DNA of 41,048 bases from Octopus bimaculoides (GCF_001194135.2 NC_068987.1:61795072-61836119); one strand, 5' to 3'. Shown: positions 10,850 to 22,526, counted from the first letter of the stretch. Numbers and translations: made by a program. The notes: generated by a model from the sequence alone, not told the origin.

Positions 10850-10955
10850 TTTTGGAGTGGAGTCTGGTGCAGCCTTCCAGCTTGTCAGCCCTGGCCAATC
10901 CGTCCAACCCATGTGAGCATAGACAACAGATGTTAAATGATGATGATGATGATGA
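10850..10955 (+). mobile_element. RTE 3' tail fragment
   Basis: GGAGTCTGGTGCAGCCTTCCAGC...CGTCCAACCCATG...GATGTTAAA(TGA)n. Confidence 0.8.
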
Positions 10956-11146
10956 CTGAATACCTTTCTTTAATGTTAATTTTATTACAAACTTTCTTAA
11001 AAGTAAATTATTATAGCCTAAATTTTGCTGTTATTTTTCCTTTAATAAACTTATATATATATATAAAAAAAATATGGAAAATAAAATGTAATATGGTGCA
11101 AGGATTAATTTTTGCTGCTGCTTAGTTTCAAGGCAACTTTGAATAA

Positions 11147-11359
11147 CTCTTTATCATTTAAATTAAATCATAATTCTTATTTATTGACATTGTTTTGAAT
11201 TAATCAGGCATTATTTTGTACCTTTAAAATTTTGTTGATGTGGTTGTATATTTTTAGAATGACACTGTAAATTAAGTATGAAAACATTAACCTGGCTGGT
11301 TAGAAAATAAAACAAGTAGAATATTTTGGCCAGATACGCCTGGTTTAAATGCTAGAGGG
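11147..11359. mobile_element. piggyBac-type MITE, decayed third copy
   Basis: Colinear with 10451-10670; right end AATGCTAGAGGG|TTAA. Confidence 0.7.
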
Positions 11360-12139
11360 TTAAACTAACTTAGGATCAAAGACATTTCAACTGTGACCAT
11401 CATGTCTTCTCGTTTGATACACTATATCTAAGATTCATTCTCCAATATATACTTCCTTATTTAATACATTTGCATGTAATTTGAAGGAGATTTAGGTTGT
11501 GTGTCTTTTCAGTGACCTTCTCATTCCAGTCTGGTTAATGCTCATCTCTGTTGATAGAATTGTACAATGAGACGTTTATCCTCTTGGATAAGCTGCCAAT
11601 ATTCTGCAGCAACCTTATCTGGCAAAAGGGATTGAAGTCAGTATGATAAGCCGAGGATTTACTCATCAGTTTTATAGTACCACTTCTGCTGACAGTAAAG
11701 AACTCTACTACTTGATGTCCCTGTTTAAAGCTAACACTTTTATTTTAATCATTTGCCAATGTCTAGAACAAAGGGCAGTGCCCATGTCCTTCACAGGTCT
11801 CTCAAGACTGAGATAGATGCCATTAACATTCTGCTAAGACTTGCAATTTGACATCTGCAAGGAAGACATCAGCAAAGAAAGGAGTTCCAAGGAAGCTAGT
11901 GTTCTGGAAAGGAAGTAACTGGATGTAGTAGTTAGTGTAGGGCATTGGATGATTAGACACAAAATGGGTGCTAAGAAGAGGTGTTTCATTTGGTTGTTGA
12001 AAGTTAGCTGTATTCACTAGCTTTGTTCTCTTGTCCTTGTTGGGATAGGGCTTACCTCACACATTAATAGTAAATTTTTTTTGTTGTAGATATAAATTTA
12101 TCTATAGGTATCAATTCCTCATCTTTTCATATAGAGTCT

Positions 12140-12525
12140 GTGCTAGTGGCCCGTAAATAGCACCATTTGAGCATAATCTTTACCAGCGTTGCCTTCTAGC
12201 ACTTGTGCTGGTGGCACGTTAGAAAATCATTCGAGCGAGGTCGTTGCCAGTGCCGCTGGACTGGCTCCCGTGCAGGTGGCACGTAAAAAAACACCTTTTT
12301 GAGCGTGGCCGTTGCCAGTACCATATGACTGGCCCTCATGCTGGTGGCACATAAAAGCACCCACTACACTCTTGGAGTGGTTGGTGTTAGGAAGGGCATC
12401 CAGCTGTAGAAACTCTGCCAGATCAGATTGGAGCCTGGTGCAGCCTTCTGGCTTGCCAGTCTTCTGTTAAATCGTCCAGCCCATACTAGCATGGAAAGCG
12501 GACGTTAAACGATGATGATGATGAG
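12140..12525 (+). mobile_element. RTE 3' UTR (5'-truncated copy or RTE-tailed SINE) with internal repeat units
   Basis: Repeated GTGCTGGTGGCACGT..AAAA units, then GTTAGGAAGGGCATCCAGCTGTAGAAACTCTGCCAGATCAG...GGACGTTAAAC(GAT)n; homologous to 23342-23800. Confidence 0.85.
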
Positions 12526-12924
12526 AACACAGCATAGTTTCTTACTAAAGAGGAAATTGAGGTTTTTGCTAGTTTGGTATGTACATATATATATAAATAT
12601 ATTGCCTTGTAACTGAATTTGGTAGGTGGAAGTTGCCATTGTGTGTATATGAATGTTTGAAAGTGCTCATGCCTCAGATAGACAGTCAGACAAACAAATA
12701 GATGAACAAACTCATTGCTATTTATGGCGTTTTGAGAAGTTGATTCTGCCATGCACTGTGAAGGAAAAATTGCACAGTGCATAGAAATAAATCAGTAATT
12801 GTTGGTCTGATAATGTCATGCTGCAAGAATGGCTTAATAGAAATCAACAAAACAGTTGTAAACAAAGCAATAAATGCAATTAGCTAACTCCGTTCTTTGA
12901 TATTATTTTACTGAATATTCTCTA

Positions 12925-13035
12925 CGGATGCTTTGTGGTGATAGGAAGTGCATCTGACTGACGAAAATCTGCCTCAACAAATTTTATCTGACCTATGTAA
13001 GCTCAGCAAAGTGTACATTAAAATGATGATGATGA
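12925..13035 (+). mobile_element. RTE-type tail fragment, same variant as 6690-6825
   Basis: GAAAATCTGCCTCAACAAATTTTATCTGACCTATG...ACATTAAAA(TGA)n. Confidence 0.65.
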
Positions 13036-13596
13036 CATTTACTTTCAGATTCTCTGTGCAATTCATATAGACTGTCCAGAAACCTTATCCTTCATGGTCA
13101 GATGGTTTGACTCCTATGGTTTTAGTCTTGTTAAATCATTTAATAGTTTATGTACAAATTGAAGTTATAATTGCAGAACTTCTGAGCTTTTTCTCCCCTC
13201 TCATACATTGATTATGAATGAGATAATACGTAAATGAGATAATCTGTAACAGTTAGTGCAGTGGTACTTGCCATATGAAAATGTTCACAATGTATTAAGT
13301 CTATCTTAATTGTTTATTTATATAGTGTTTATTTCTCTGTGGAAAGCTACACAGTTAATTGTTGGGTCGTGTCAGGACAAAATGAAATAAGTGAACAATT
13401 TGATTGGATACTCAAAAAGATAGTAGTTTGTATCTTGTAACTAGCAATGCATCATGCTTAGTACCAGATAAGTATCTCTCCAGTACCTCCTAGGTACTGT
13501 AGAATAATATCAACTCACTGTTGTAAGCAACAGAAGTACTGTGAAATTCATGAGGGACTTGCTGTCTCCTTGTGAGTTGTAGCACATTATCTAAGC

Positions 13597-13856
13597 CCGT
13601 GGTTTTCAACTGGCGTCCATATTGTCCTTGACGGTCCATATAAGATTTTGCTGTTAAAATCTGTATGCAATAAACTGGTTGTATTTCTACGATTCACAAA
13701 ATATTTAAGCATTTTTTTTTTATACAATTCCTAATAATAATTAATCCTAAAAATATAATACATGTTTTCAGACATTGAATGGCTTTGAGGGCCCCACCCC
13801 TTGAGTAAAATAAGAATCAAAGGGGTCTATAGACAAAATATGGATGAGAACTGCTG
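13597..13856. mobile_element. hAT (Charlie/MER5-like) MITE with perfect 8-bp TSD
   Basis: ATCTAAGC at 13589-13596 and 13857-13864; termini CCGTGGTTTTCAAC / GATGAGAACTGCTG resemble CAGTGGTTCTCAAC TIRs. Confidence 0.85.
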
Positions 13857-14243
13857 ATCTAAGCCTTTAGTGCTGTCTCTGTAACTAAATCTATCATAAA
13901 ATACAACAAAATGTAGTATAACTGGGTGAGATTAGTGCAGTTAATGTTTAAAGTAGAGCTCTATTTCATAAACACTAACTTTTTATTTTATTTTTATATC
14001 AATTTTTGCTTATAAAAATGGATAAATGGTTTTACTTTTATTAAATATAATGTTTTTACAGTAGCTAACAACTCAATTATGATGCTAGTTTGGAAACCGT
14101 TGGGCAATCTGAGGCAAGCAGGAAACCACCAAATAGCTTGTCCATATTTTAGCCATTTAAACTCAGTGATGCTGTGATCAGGCACCCAGCATTTTCAAAA
14201 TGATTATTGAATTAACAATAGTTTCAGCAATTATGGTGTGTAG

Positions 14244-14442
14244 ACATAGCTGTGTGGTTAAAAAGCTCACTTTGCATCTGCATGGTTTCAAGTTCAATCT
14301 CACTGCACAGCACTGGGACATGTATAATCTACTATAGCCCCCCACTGGTCCAATTAATAGATTGTGGATGAATTTGGTAGATGGAAACTGTGTGGAAACT
14401 CATCATATGTATATGTGTGTGTGTGTGTGTGTGCATGCATGC

Positions 14443-14473
<31 letters not shown>

Positions 14474-14725
14474 TGCATGCATGTGTGTGTGTGTGTATGT
14501 GTGTGTGTATGTCCCCACCACATGATGACTAGTGTTGGTTTGTTTATATTTCTGTAACTTAGTGGTTCAGCAAAAGCAACTGATGAAATAAATACCAGAC
14601 TTAAAAATCAAGTACTGGGGTTGATTTCTTCAACTGACCCCTTTAAGGCAGTGCCCCAAAATAGCCACAGCCCAATGACTGAAATAAGTAAAAAGCTAAA
14701 AAAAAAAAAAAGCTAAAAAAAAAAA
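14244..14725 (+). mobile_element. SINE family A with expanded central (TG)n(CATG)n tract
   Basis: Head GCTGTGTGGTTAAAAAGC...AAGTTCAATCTC; 3' half colinear with 9521-9927; A-rich tail. Confidence 0.8.
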
Positions 14726-15063
14726 TGGTTAAAAAAGAATCTTTCAAAACAAGTAATAAAACTTTTCTTGCTTTGAATTGTAGTGAGGTAGAAACAGGCT
14801 GTAATAAACTAAGATATCTGTCTCACAGAAATCTGTCTCACTGGCATTCATATCCTTTTTTCGCAAATCCTTTTTAGCAAGCAGCATAAACTAGAAGTAG
14901 AAGAAATCGAAATGTATGGAAAGGAATGTGTGCGGCAAAGTTTTTGATTTCTCTTTGCTCTTCAGGGTTTTAAATTAAATTTTTGCATAATTTTTAGTTT
15001 CTAACATTTCTTTTATATATTTTTTACACTAATTTTCTTTTCTTTATTTATATATATATTATT

Positions 15064-15095
<32 letters not shown>

Positions 15096-15802
15096 TATTT
15101 ACTTGTATTCCTCAAATACTAGTTCTCCCTTTGGAATGAGACTAAGAAAATTTTCAGAGTATTGATTAGAGATCATATATGATGGAGACGTAAGTTAACA
15201 GTTGTTAAATTCACAGGAAGCAGTACATTAATATGAAGTTTGTACGTTTCATGTTGAATATTGCTGCTACTCTCTGTAACATTGTAGCAATTGGCAAGAT
15301 TTCAAGAGAGAATGGCTTTTGTCATGCCCCACCACTTTTTTTTTTCTTAAAGCATAATGGGAATTCTATTTGAAGTAAAGCCAGAATCTAATCTATCTTT
15401 GTGGCATTCATTTAACATAAAACACTTTATAAAATTGAAGAATTATTGGAGCTTAATGATAATAAATATCTCAGTAACATGCAGTTTTGGAATACTGGAG
15501 ATCTTATCTGTATTAAATGAATTAAAATTTACAAATAATTCCAGTTCTTTTCCTCTTATAAAGAAATGGTGGTATTTCTTGATATTATCAATGTCACAAT
15601 GGGAGAGAGAGGCATGTCTGGAAAGACGGTTTCACTTCTCTTTTGCTTGTGATATGATAAATACATTAGCACATGCTTTGGTTAGCAACTGGAAGATTAT
15701 CTAGGCATCAAATATCATGGTATAAAGTATGGTTAACTCATGGAATATTGGTACATAAGGCTGAGCAATCTTAACCTCTATATACTAAATCATATTACTA
15801 TC

Positions 15803-16316
15803 ACCAAAGTCCTAATAAGTAGGAAGGCAGACAAACCACAAATCCCTTCAGGTAGATGGCCCTACTCGATCTGTAGAAAAGGCGTAGGTAGAAACTCTAT
15901 AAGATGTACCCAGAGTAAGCAATGGACACATAAGAGGTGCAGCAATATCAAAGGAAGGCTAACTGGGAAGATAGTTTTTGTATGTGGCAGATGCTCAGGA
16001 GCAATAAACACTGAAAATGTGCAGAGAACAACTTCTGCTACATTCCAGGGAGAAAAACTAGAAGTAGTTGATAGCTTCCGTTACCTAGGTGATCAAGTCA
16101 GTTGCGGGGGTGGGTGCACTGAAAGTGTAGCTGCTAGAATAAGAATAGCCTGGGCAAAGTTCAGAGAGCTCTTACCTCTACTAGTGACAAAGGGCTTCTC
16201 ACTCAGAGTAAAAGGTAGAATGCATATATACGAACAGCCATGCTACATGGCAGTGAAACATGGGCCGTGACTGCTGAGGACATGTGTAAGCTTGCAAGGA
16301 ATGAAGCTAGTATGTT
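15803..16316 (+). pseudogene. RTE LINE internal fragment (late RT, PHD-like finger, thumb)
   Basis: ORF 15740-16270 encodes TKVLISRK...SICRKGVGRNSIRC...WTHKRC...LEVVDSFRYLG...ARIRIAWAKFRELLPLL; same family as 24180-24740. Confidence 0.9.
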
Positions 16317-16545
16317 AGTGTGTCAGGCAAAAACCTTAGCAACATTTCTCCCAGATGTATATTTTCTGACCTCAAATCCTGCTGAGATCAACTTTAACCT
16401 ATCATCCTTTCAGGGACAATAAAATAAAGTACCTGTCTAATACTGGGGGTTGAGGATATTTGCTAACTCCCTTCCCTCAAAATTGCTGGCCTTGTGCCAA
16501 AAATTTGAAATCATTGTTATTGTTATGATGATGATGATTGCTTGG
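16317..16545 (+). mobile_element. SINE family B, decayed, lacking the first bases
   Basis: CTCAAATCCTGCTGAGATCAACTT...ATCCTTTCAGGG...AAATAAAGTACC...CTGGGGG. Confidence 0.7.
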
Positions 16546-16689
16546 TAATTGCTAGTTTGATTTGAAATTTAGCCAATCGTTAAGATACAAATTTAAAATG
16601 TTTTGTCTCTCCAATGATTTTTGGTTTTATTTCACTATTTTAATACCTGTTATTATATGATTATTTTATTTAATACCGCAACTTTCTTT

Positions 16690-16925
16690 AAGATGGCAAG
16701 CTGGCAGAATGGTTAGCATGCCTGACAAAGTGCTTAGCAGCATTTCATCGATCATTATGTTCTGAGTTCAAATTCTGCCAAGGTCAACTTTTCTATTCAT
16801 CCTTTCAAGGTCATTAAAATAAGTACCAGCTGAGCATTGGGGTCGATGTAATCAATTTACCCCACCACCACCACCACCACCACCAAAACTTACTGGTCTT
16901 GCACCAAAATTTGAAACAAATATTG
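16690..16925 (+). mobile_element. SINE family B with internal (CCA)n expansion
   Basis: AAGATGGCAAGCTGGCAGAATGGTTAGC...GAGTTCAAATTCTGCC...GGGGTCGATGTAATC. Confidence 0.85.
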
Positions 16926-16963
16926 TAACTTTCATTCTGTAAAATTCAATGACATTTATTTAT

Positions 16964-17002
<39 letters not shown>

Positions 17003-17033
17003 CTATGTATTTAAAGAGTTTAATATTCATTTA

Positions 17034-17435
17034 GGCGCAGGAGTAGATGTGTGGTAAGTAGCTTGCTTACCAACCACATGGTTCCGGGTTCAGTCCCACT
17101 GCGTGGCACCTTGGGCAAGTGTCTTCTACTATAGCCTCAGGCCGGCCGAAGCCTTGTGAGTGGATTTGGTAGACGGAAACTGAAAGAAGCCCATCATATA
17201 TATATATATGTATATGTTTGTGTGTCTGTGTTTGTTCCCCCAACATCGCTTGACAACCGATGCTGGTGTGTTTACGTCCACATCACTTAGCAGTTCTGCA
17301 AGGGAGACCGATAGAATAAGTACTAGGCTTACAAAGAATAAGTCCTGGGGTCGATTTGCTTGACTAAAGGCGGTGCTCCAGCATGACCGCAGTCAAATGA
17401 CTGAAATAAATAAAAGAATAAAAGAAAAGAAAGAA
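17034..17435 (+). mobile_element. SINE family A, full length and young
   Basis: GGCGCAGGAGTAGATGTGTGGTAAG...CCGGGTTCAGTCCC; near-identical to 9521-9927. Confidence 0.92.
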
Positions 17436-18404
17436 ATTTGGTTTCATAATATACATGGCCAAAGTTTGAAGTGTTCAGGAATATTATTGATTGAATCTGT
17501 TCTACATTGTCATTGAAAAATTTCTCAGGGATACTTTCTGCATGTAAAACATAATGGAGTGTAAGCTACTTGACATGAGCTGAAAATCATTTTTAGTCAA
17601 CTGAAATTACATCATAATAGGAAAAAAAAGAAATCATTAGTATTATTAATAATCTATATCAAAGAAAGCAAAGAAGAAAATTCTGAAACTTAAACTGATT
17701 AGAAATGAAGTACTAACATGGGGGAAGTTTTATCTTTAGTAGTTACTTTGACAACTTCAAGCTTGTTTCAGACTTGTTAAGTAGACCTCATCAAGAGAAT
17801 TTTTCTAAGCTCTAGAAAAGTGTTAGAGTCCACTTCAGTAGAAGGCCTCTCTATTTATGAACGATTAGAACACTATTCTCTGAATTCTTGGATTATTTTC
17901 TTTCTTAAGTTTGATAAGGCGAAATATAGAAGCATTAAATAACCTATGTAAAATAATACATCATCTCTTTGTTTTTATATATTGACATCACTTTATGTGT
18001 TTTGCCTTACTTCTCTGCTTCATTGTTCAAAGGTTTTTTTCGTAAAAACATTTGTAGCAAAAGACTCACTAGTTTCCTCAGATTCTACTATTTTATTATT
18101 CAAGTTATTTAGCTCACTAACTTTGTCACCCCAGTGGAGCCTTGTATTTTTAGCATTGAATGGTTATATATACTACATAAATGGATTTAGGAGATAAATT
18201 AGGCATGTTTCCAAAAGAAATGCCATACAAATATTAATATCGTTTTTTGTTTAAAATATTTCTTAGATGTGCTCTGAATGAACCATGTACTGACTAAATA
18301 TTATTGATGTAAACTAGACATGAGCAGTTATGATCAATAGTGAATTAATATTTGAGTGTGGGGAGGCTGGTAGACATAACAATGTTGGAGTAGATGTTGT
18401 TACT

Positions 18405-18600
18405 TTGCCCTAGGTTAATCCTGACTGAACAGACCTATATCAAAGATATTCTGGCTGTAACTACTTTGACTTCTTTTAGGAGTACCTACAACTACATTAT
18501 CCCATGTATTTCTTCCTTATTTAAAACAACTGGGTGGGATTTTGAGAGAGAGTTTTGGCATATATTTTTTTCAGCAGGTCAAGCAACCACATTGACATTT
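18405..18600 (+). repeat. Unclassified interspersed repeat; related pieces near 2945-3070 and 11365-11500
   Basis: Shared CAAAGA(C/T)ATT(C/T)..GCT motif, plus TTTGA.(G/A)GAGA.TT in the 11365 and 18405 copies. Confidence 0.45.
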
Positions 18601-18717
18601 CTCATTGGCTTATGATACTGTATGGTATTTAGTTTGATGTATTAAACATCTATAGTCCCAGCCTTGTTAATGCTGATTCAATGTTTATTCCCTCTGGGAG
18701 CTGGTAAAATAAGTATT

Positions 18718-18795
18718 GATATAATATAATATAATATGATATAATATAATATAATATAATATAATATGATATAGTGTAGTATGATATGATATAAT
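18718..18795. repeat. (ATATA)n pentanucleotide microsatellite
   Basis: Seen directly. Confidence 0.9.
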
Positions 18796-19185
18796 GTTGT
18801 TTGTTGTTGGCACTCCATCGCTTACGACGTCGAGGGTTCCAGTTGATCCGATCAACGGAACAGCCTGCTTGTGAAATTAACGTGCAAGTGGCTGAGCACT
18901 CCACAGACACGTGTACCCTTAACGTAGTTCTCGGGGATATTCAGCGTGACACAGTGTGACAAGGCTGACCTGTTGAAATACAGTTACAACAGAAACAGGA
19001 AGTAAGAGTGAGAGAAAGTTGTGGTGAAAGAGTACAACAGGGTTCGCCACCATCCCCTGCCGGAGCCTTGTGGAGCTTTAGGTGTTTTTGCTCAATAAAC
19101 ACTCACAACGCCTGGTCTGGGAATCGAAACCGCAATCCTATGACCGCAAGTCCGCTGCCCTAACCACTGGGCCATTGCGCCTCCA
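18796..19185 (-). mobile_element. SINE family C, full length and CpG-rich (young)
   Basis: Minus-strand head GGAGGCGCAATGGCCCAGTGGTTAGGGCAGCGGAC...GGTTTCGATTCCCAG with clear A and B boxes; (AAC)n tail. Confidence 0.9.
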
Positions 19186-19281
19186 CTACTATCAGGCTCC
19201 CAGATGTGGTTAGGGTACTGTGCTGATGTATTTCCCAATCATTTGGTGATTTGTGTATAGATACTTAGTGCAGTGCTCTTG

Positions 19282-19367
19282 CACCAAATGCAAGCAACCA
19301 ATACACCAGATGCAAGCAACCAATACACCAGATGCAAGCAACCAATACACCAGATGCAAGCAACCAA
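19282..19367. repeat. 22-bp minisatellite, about 4 units
   Basis: CACCAGATGCAAGCAACCAATA repeated; one substitution in the first unit and a truncated last unit. Confidence 0.95.
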
Positions 19368-19714
19368 AGTCCATTGATATCGTCCTCATCATGATCATTA
19401 TCATTGTTTTAACATCTGCTTTTTTTGGAATGTTTGCGTGGGTTGGACAGAGTTTTTTTTCCAAACACCGTGACATTTCCTCATGGCCAGATAAGGTTTT
19501 TATAGAATATCAGAAATGAGCAAACATTTCTTTTATGACAGTGATTTTTGTTTAAAATATTACTTAGATGTGCTTTAAATGGACACATACTGGTTATGAT
19601 CAATGTGAAATTGACATGGACAGTTGTAATTGCTTGATATCACTTCATCTAGAGAACTTGAATTAGTGATTTGCATACTATAAGTGTTCAACATTTTATT
19701 TATCATCAGGGGTG

Positions 19715-20135
19715 TCATGAATGTTAAGTGATGGCTAGAAGACTACTATCATGTGTGGCTTAAATGAGGTTCCTCCAAAATTCGCTGGAATAACAGTACT
19801 TAATATGGTGGATGCATAGCACGGAGATCAAGGAATCTCTCCAGGTTGAATTTCTATTTCTCTGTATTGAGAGATCACTGCTCCAGTTCTATGGATGAGT
19901 GATTAGAATATCACAGGAAAGAATTTCAAGACAGATTCTTCAAGCTGAGACAACTGAAAGGAGACCTACAAGTAGGACAAGAATATGGTTGGATGATATT
20001 CATTGTCTCAGTTGGTCGTATTTCGGTATCCAGCTGGAAAATCTAATGACAGTTGCTTCTGATTTGGAACCTATGGAAGTGGTGCTTGAGGACTCTACCC
20101 CCATGACTCTCCAGGAATAGTGGGTGGAGAAGATG
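19715..20135 (+). pseudogene. Expander-like RTE LINE 3' fragment
   Basis: MRFL...STEIKESLQVEFLFLCIERS...IRISQERISRQILQAETTERRPTSRTRIWLDDIH.LSW..FGIQ.ENLMTVASD matches the Expander-type RTE C-terminus. Confidence 0.75.
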
Positions 20136-20294
20136 GAAGGATAGATCAGGGTAGATCAGACAGAAGCTTATCAACAAGAAACCCAATCAATACAGTATCA
20201 AAGTGTGATATATGTAAATCTACACAGTAGACATACAAACATCAAATTTGTGTGTGTGTGTGTGCATGCGTGTGTGTGTGTGTGCGTGTGTGAT

Positions 20295-20513
20295 TTTGTA
20301 TCTGTGTTTGCCCCCCCCCATCACCATTTGATAACCGATGTTGGTGTGTTTATGTCCGCGTAACTTAGTGGTTCTGCAAGAGAAACCGATAAAATAAGTA
20401 CTAGGCTTAAGAAATAAGTCCTTGGGTCGATTTCTTTGACTAAACTCCTTTAAGGTAGTGCTGCAGCATGGTTGCAGTTAAATGTCTGAAACAAATAAGA
20501 GAATAAAAGAATA
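20295..20513 (+). mobile_element. SINE family A, 3' half
   Basis: TGTGTTTGCCCCCC...GATAACCGATGTTGGTGTG...AATAAGTACTAGGC; follows a (TG)n tract. Confidence 0.85.
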
Positions 20514-20800
20514 TATTGCACTTAGGCATTGCCTTTTGGAAACACTTTTGTATATACATCAGCAATGACTTTCTCACTGGTAATGTTTTTCCTGTATATT
20601 GCAAAAATGTAAGTGTTTTTCCCCAAATAAATTGCACTTCAAATTTGAGGCTCTGATGAAGCTATAAGATGTTATTCAGGCACTCAACTAAGAGTCCACT
20701 GCATTTTATAGTAGAAACAGCTGTAAGCTAATGAAGTTCATAACGTAACATAGCCATTGTTTTTCTTGTACCATATCTTTTCCATATATATGTGTGTGTG

Positions 20801-20953
20801 ATAGGCTTCTTTCAGTTTTCATTTACAAAATCCACTCACTAGACTGCAGTCAGATCAGAGCCATAAAAGAAGACACTTGCCCAAGGTGCCATGCAGTGGG
20901 ACTGAACCTGAAACTATGCTGCTGGGAAGCAAGTTTCTCAACCACACAGCTAC
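20801..20953 (-). mobile_element. SINE family A, 5' half
   Basis: GGCTTCTTTCAGTT...GAAGACACTTGCCCAAGGTGCCATGCAGTGGGACTGAACC is the reverse complement of the family A head. Confidence 0.85.
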
Positions 20954-21039
20954 ACTCTGTGTCTATATGTAGCTGATACAGAGCAAATTTATTTAAAAGC
21001 TGTCAAGTTTATGTGCTCTCAATAATTCAATGCAGAGAT

Positions 21040-21525
21040 ATTTTGGTGGCTGGGAAAAATTCTCATGTCTGAATATTTTTATATAGATAGTCTGTTCAAA
21101 ATTAACCCAGGAAGACATTGGACAAAATATTGAAGGCTAATCTCAAAACGATCTCCTTATAAAGATGACTGAAGACCGAGATATGTGGTGCATTGCTGTA
21201 CTCAAAAAAACCTGTTCACCACAGTAGAATTGCGATCCTAAAATCAAGGTGCTATTTAAAATGCATTGGTGTGAGTGCTTGTACCATGTAAAAAGCACAG
21301 ATGCTGGTGCCACATATAAAAAAAAAACAGTGGTGATGGTGCCATGTAAAAAAAAAACCCAGTATACTCAGTAAAGTGGTTGCTGTTAGGAAGGGCTTCC
21401 AGCTATTGAAACTAAGCCAAAACAGACTGTGGAACCTAGTGTGCCTCCTGGCCTTTCCAGTTCTTGTCAAGTGGTCCAAACCGTGCCAGCATAGAACATG
21501 GACATTAAATTTTGATGATGATGAT
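21040..21525 (+). mobile_element. 5'-truncated RTE LINE 3' end
   Basis: Decayed KPRKT.DKILKA.LK...MTEDRDMWCIAVLKKT, followed by the shared 3' UTR and (GAT)n tail. Confidence 0.7.
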
Positions 21526-21639
21526 ATTTCTCTTGGGGTATTGATTTGTATTCTATGTTTCTCTTTTATTCTTTTACTATATTGTAGTCATGTATAATGA
21601 ATACATAATGAATTAACGAATACATAATTTATTAAGAAC

Positions 21640-21965
21640 TGCAGTTGACCAATGGCTTTGGCATTATGTCATGCTTGAGAAGAAGGCCCACCAAGCTGGG
21701 CAAAATCACAGTTGTGATTTTACATGTCATGCCAGTGACATGTAAAAGCACCCCAGTGTCACACAAAAGGCACCCGTACCAGTGGCACGTAAAAGCACCC
21801 ATTACATTCTCGGAATGGTTTATGTTAGGAAGGGCATCCAACTGTAGAAAACCATGCCAAATCAAACTGGAGTCTGATGCAGCCTTCCAACGTGCCGGCC
21901 TGGTCAAACTGTCCAACCCATGCCAGTATGGACAATGGATGTTAAATAATGATGATGATGATAAA
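21640..21965 (+). mobile_element. 5'-truncated RTE 3' end
   Basis: GCTTGAGAAGA...GTGCCAGTGGCACGTAAAAGCACCCATTACA-like UTR and GATGTTAAATAA(TGA)n tail. Confidence 0.8.
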
Positions 21966-22235
21966 TGCACAAATGGGAAACAGACACAGAAGGTTACTAC
22001 ATCAGTGCCTTGACTATGAAGTGCTGTTAATGTGACACTGGAGCATCATATATACTTAGTGAGTACAGTAATGGTTGTCTCTCCATTACAAACTGTTGGT
22101 TGAAACTCAGAATATCAAGGAGTCTGAATCAAATTGTTTTGATCCATAAATGTAACTCCCAATAAATGTGTTGAATGCCCTTCTTTCATTTGTCTACTCA
22201 TTTGTATATATATATATGTATACACATATATATAT

Positions 22236-22272
<37 letters not shown>

Positions 22273-22281
22273 AAAATAGAT

Positions 22282-22525
22282 AAAAACTTAGATTTGTTTC
22301 GACTAAAGATTGGTCCAGGCCATGTCTAACTTAATACCACCACCTGATAGGATTATCTAAATTCTTTTTACAGTCAAGTTTTGTTTATGGTCCATTCAAG
22401 TAGTGAGTTCTTATTGAGTGAGTTACATCCAGGTATGGGTGGCTTGTCTGGTATTCTTTGAAGAAAACTGTCTAGACTCTGTTTAAAGCTGACTTTTCTA
22501 ATAATTTTTCCTCTTAAATAATTAT
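22282..22525 (-). pseudogene. CR1-like LINE 3' end
   Basis: FKQSLDSFLQRIPDKPPIPG.NSLNKNSLLEW* is the typical terminal motif of CR1-clade ORF2. Confidence 0.7.
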
Positions 22526-22526
22526 A

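Noticed and set aside
11590-11814. Open frames on both strands in non-repetitive sequence
   Set aside because: No recognisable motif or convincing splice pair.
15158-15189. AG...GTAAGT-bounded 32-nt segment (a similar 27-nt one at 7418-7444)
   Set aside because: Stops in all three frames; could only be non-coding exons, and there is no support for that.
15357-15704. 115-aa ORF, plus an antisense frame with a good acceptor (RHASLSHCDIDNIKKYHHFFIRGKELELF)
   Set aside because: No recognisable family, weak donor, and compatible with chance.
17780-18160. Protein-like open stretches (VDLIKRIFLSSRKVLESTSVEGL on +; DKVSELNNLNNKIVESEET on -)
   Set aside because: No family recognised, and the splice signals are inconsistent with a clean exon.
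19110-19185. tRNA-like sequence with good A and B boxes (also the heads at 9521 and 17034)
   Set aside because: Continues into SINE body and tail and occurs in diverged copies; these are SINE heads, not tRNA genes.
19282-19367. Short direct repeats as a CRISPR array (also 34742-34825)
   Set aside because: Units are contiguous with no spacers, and the context is eukaryotic.
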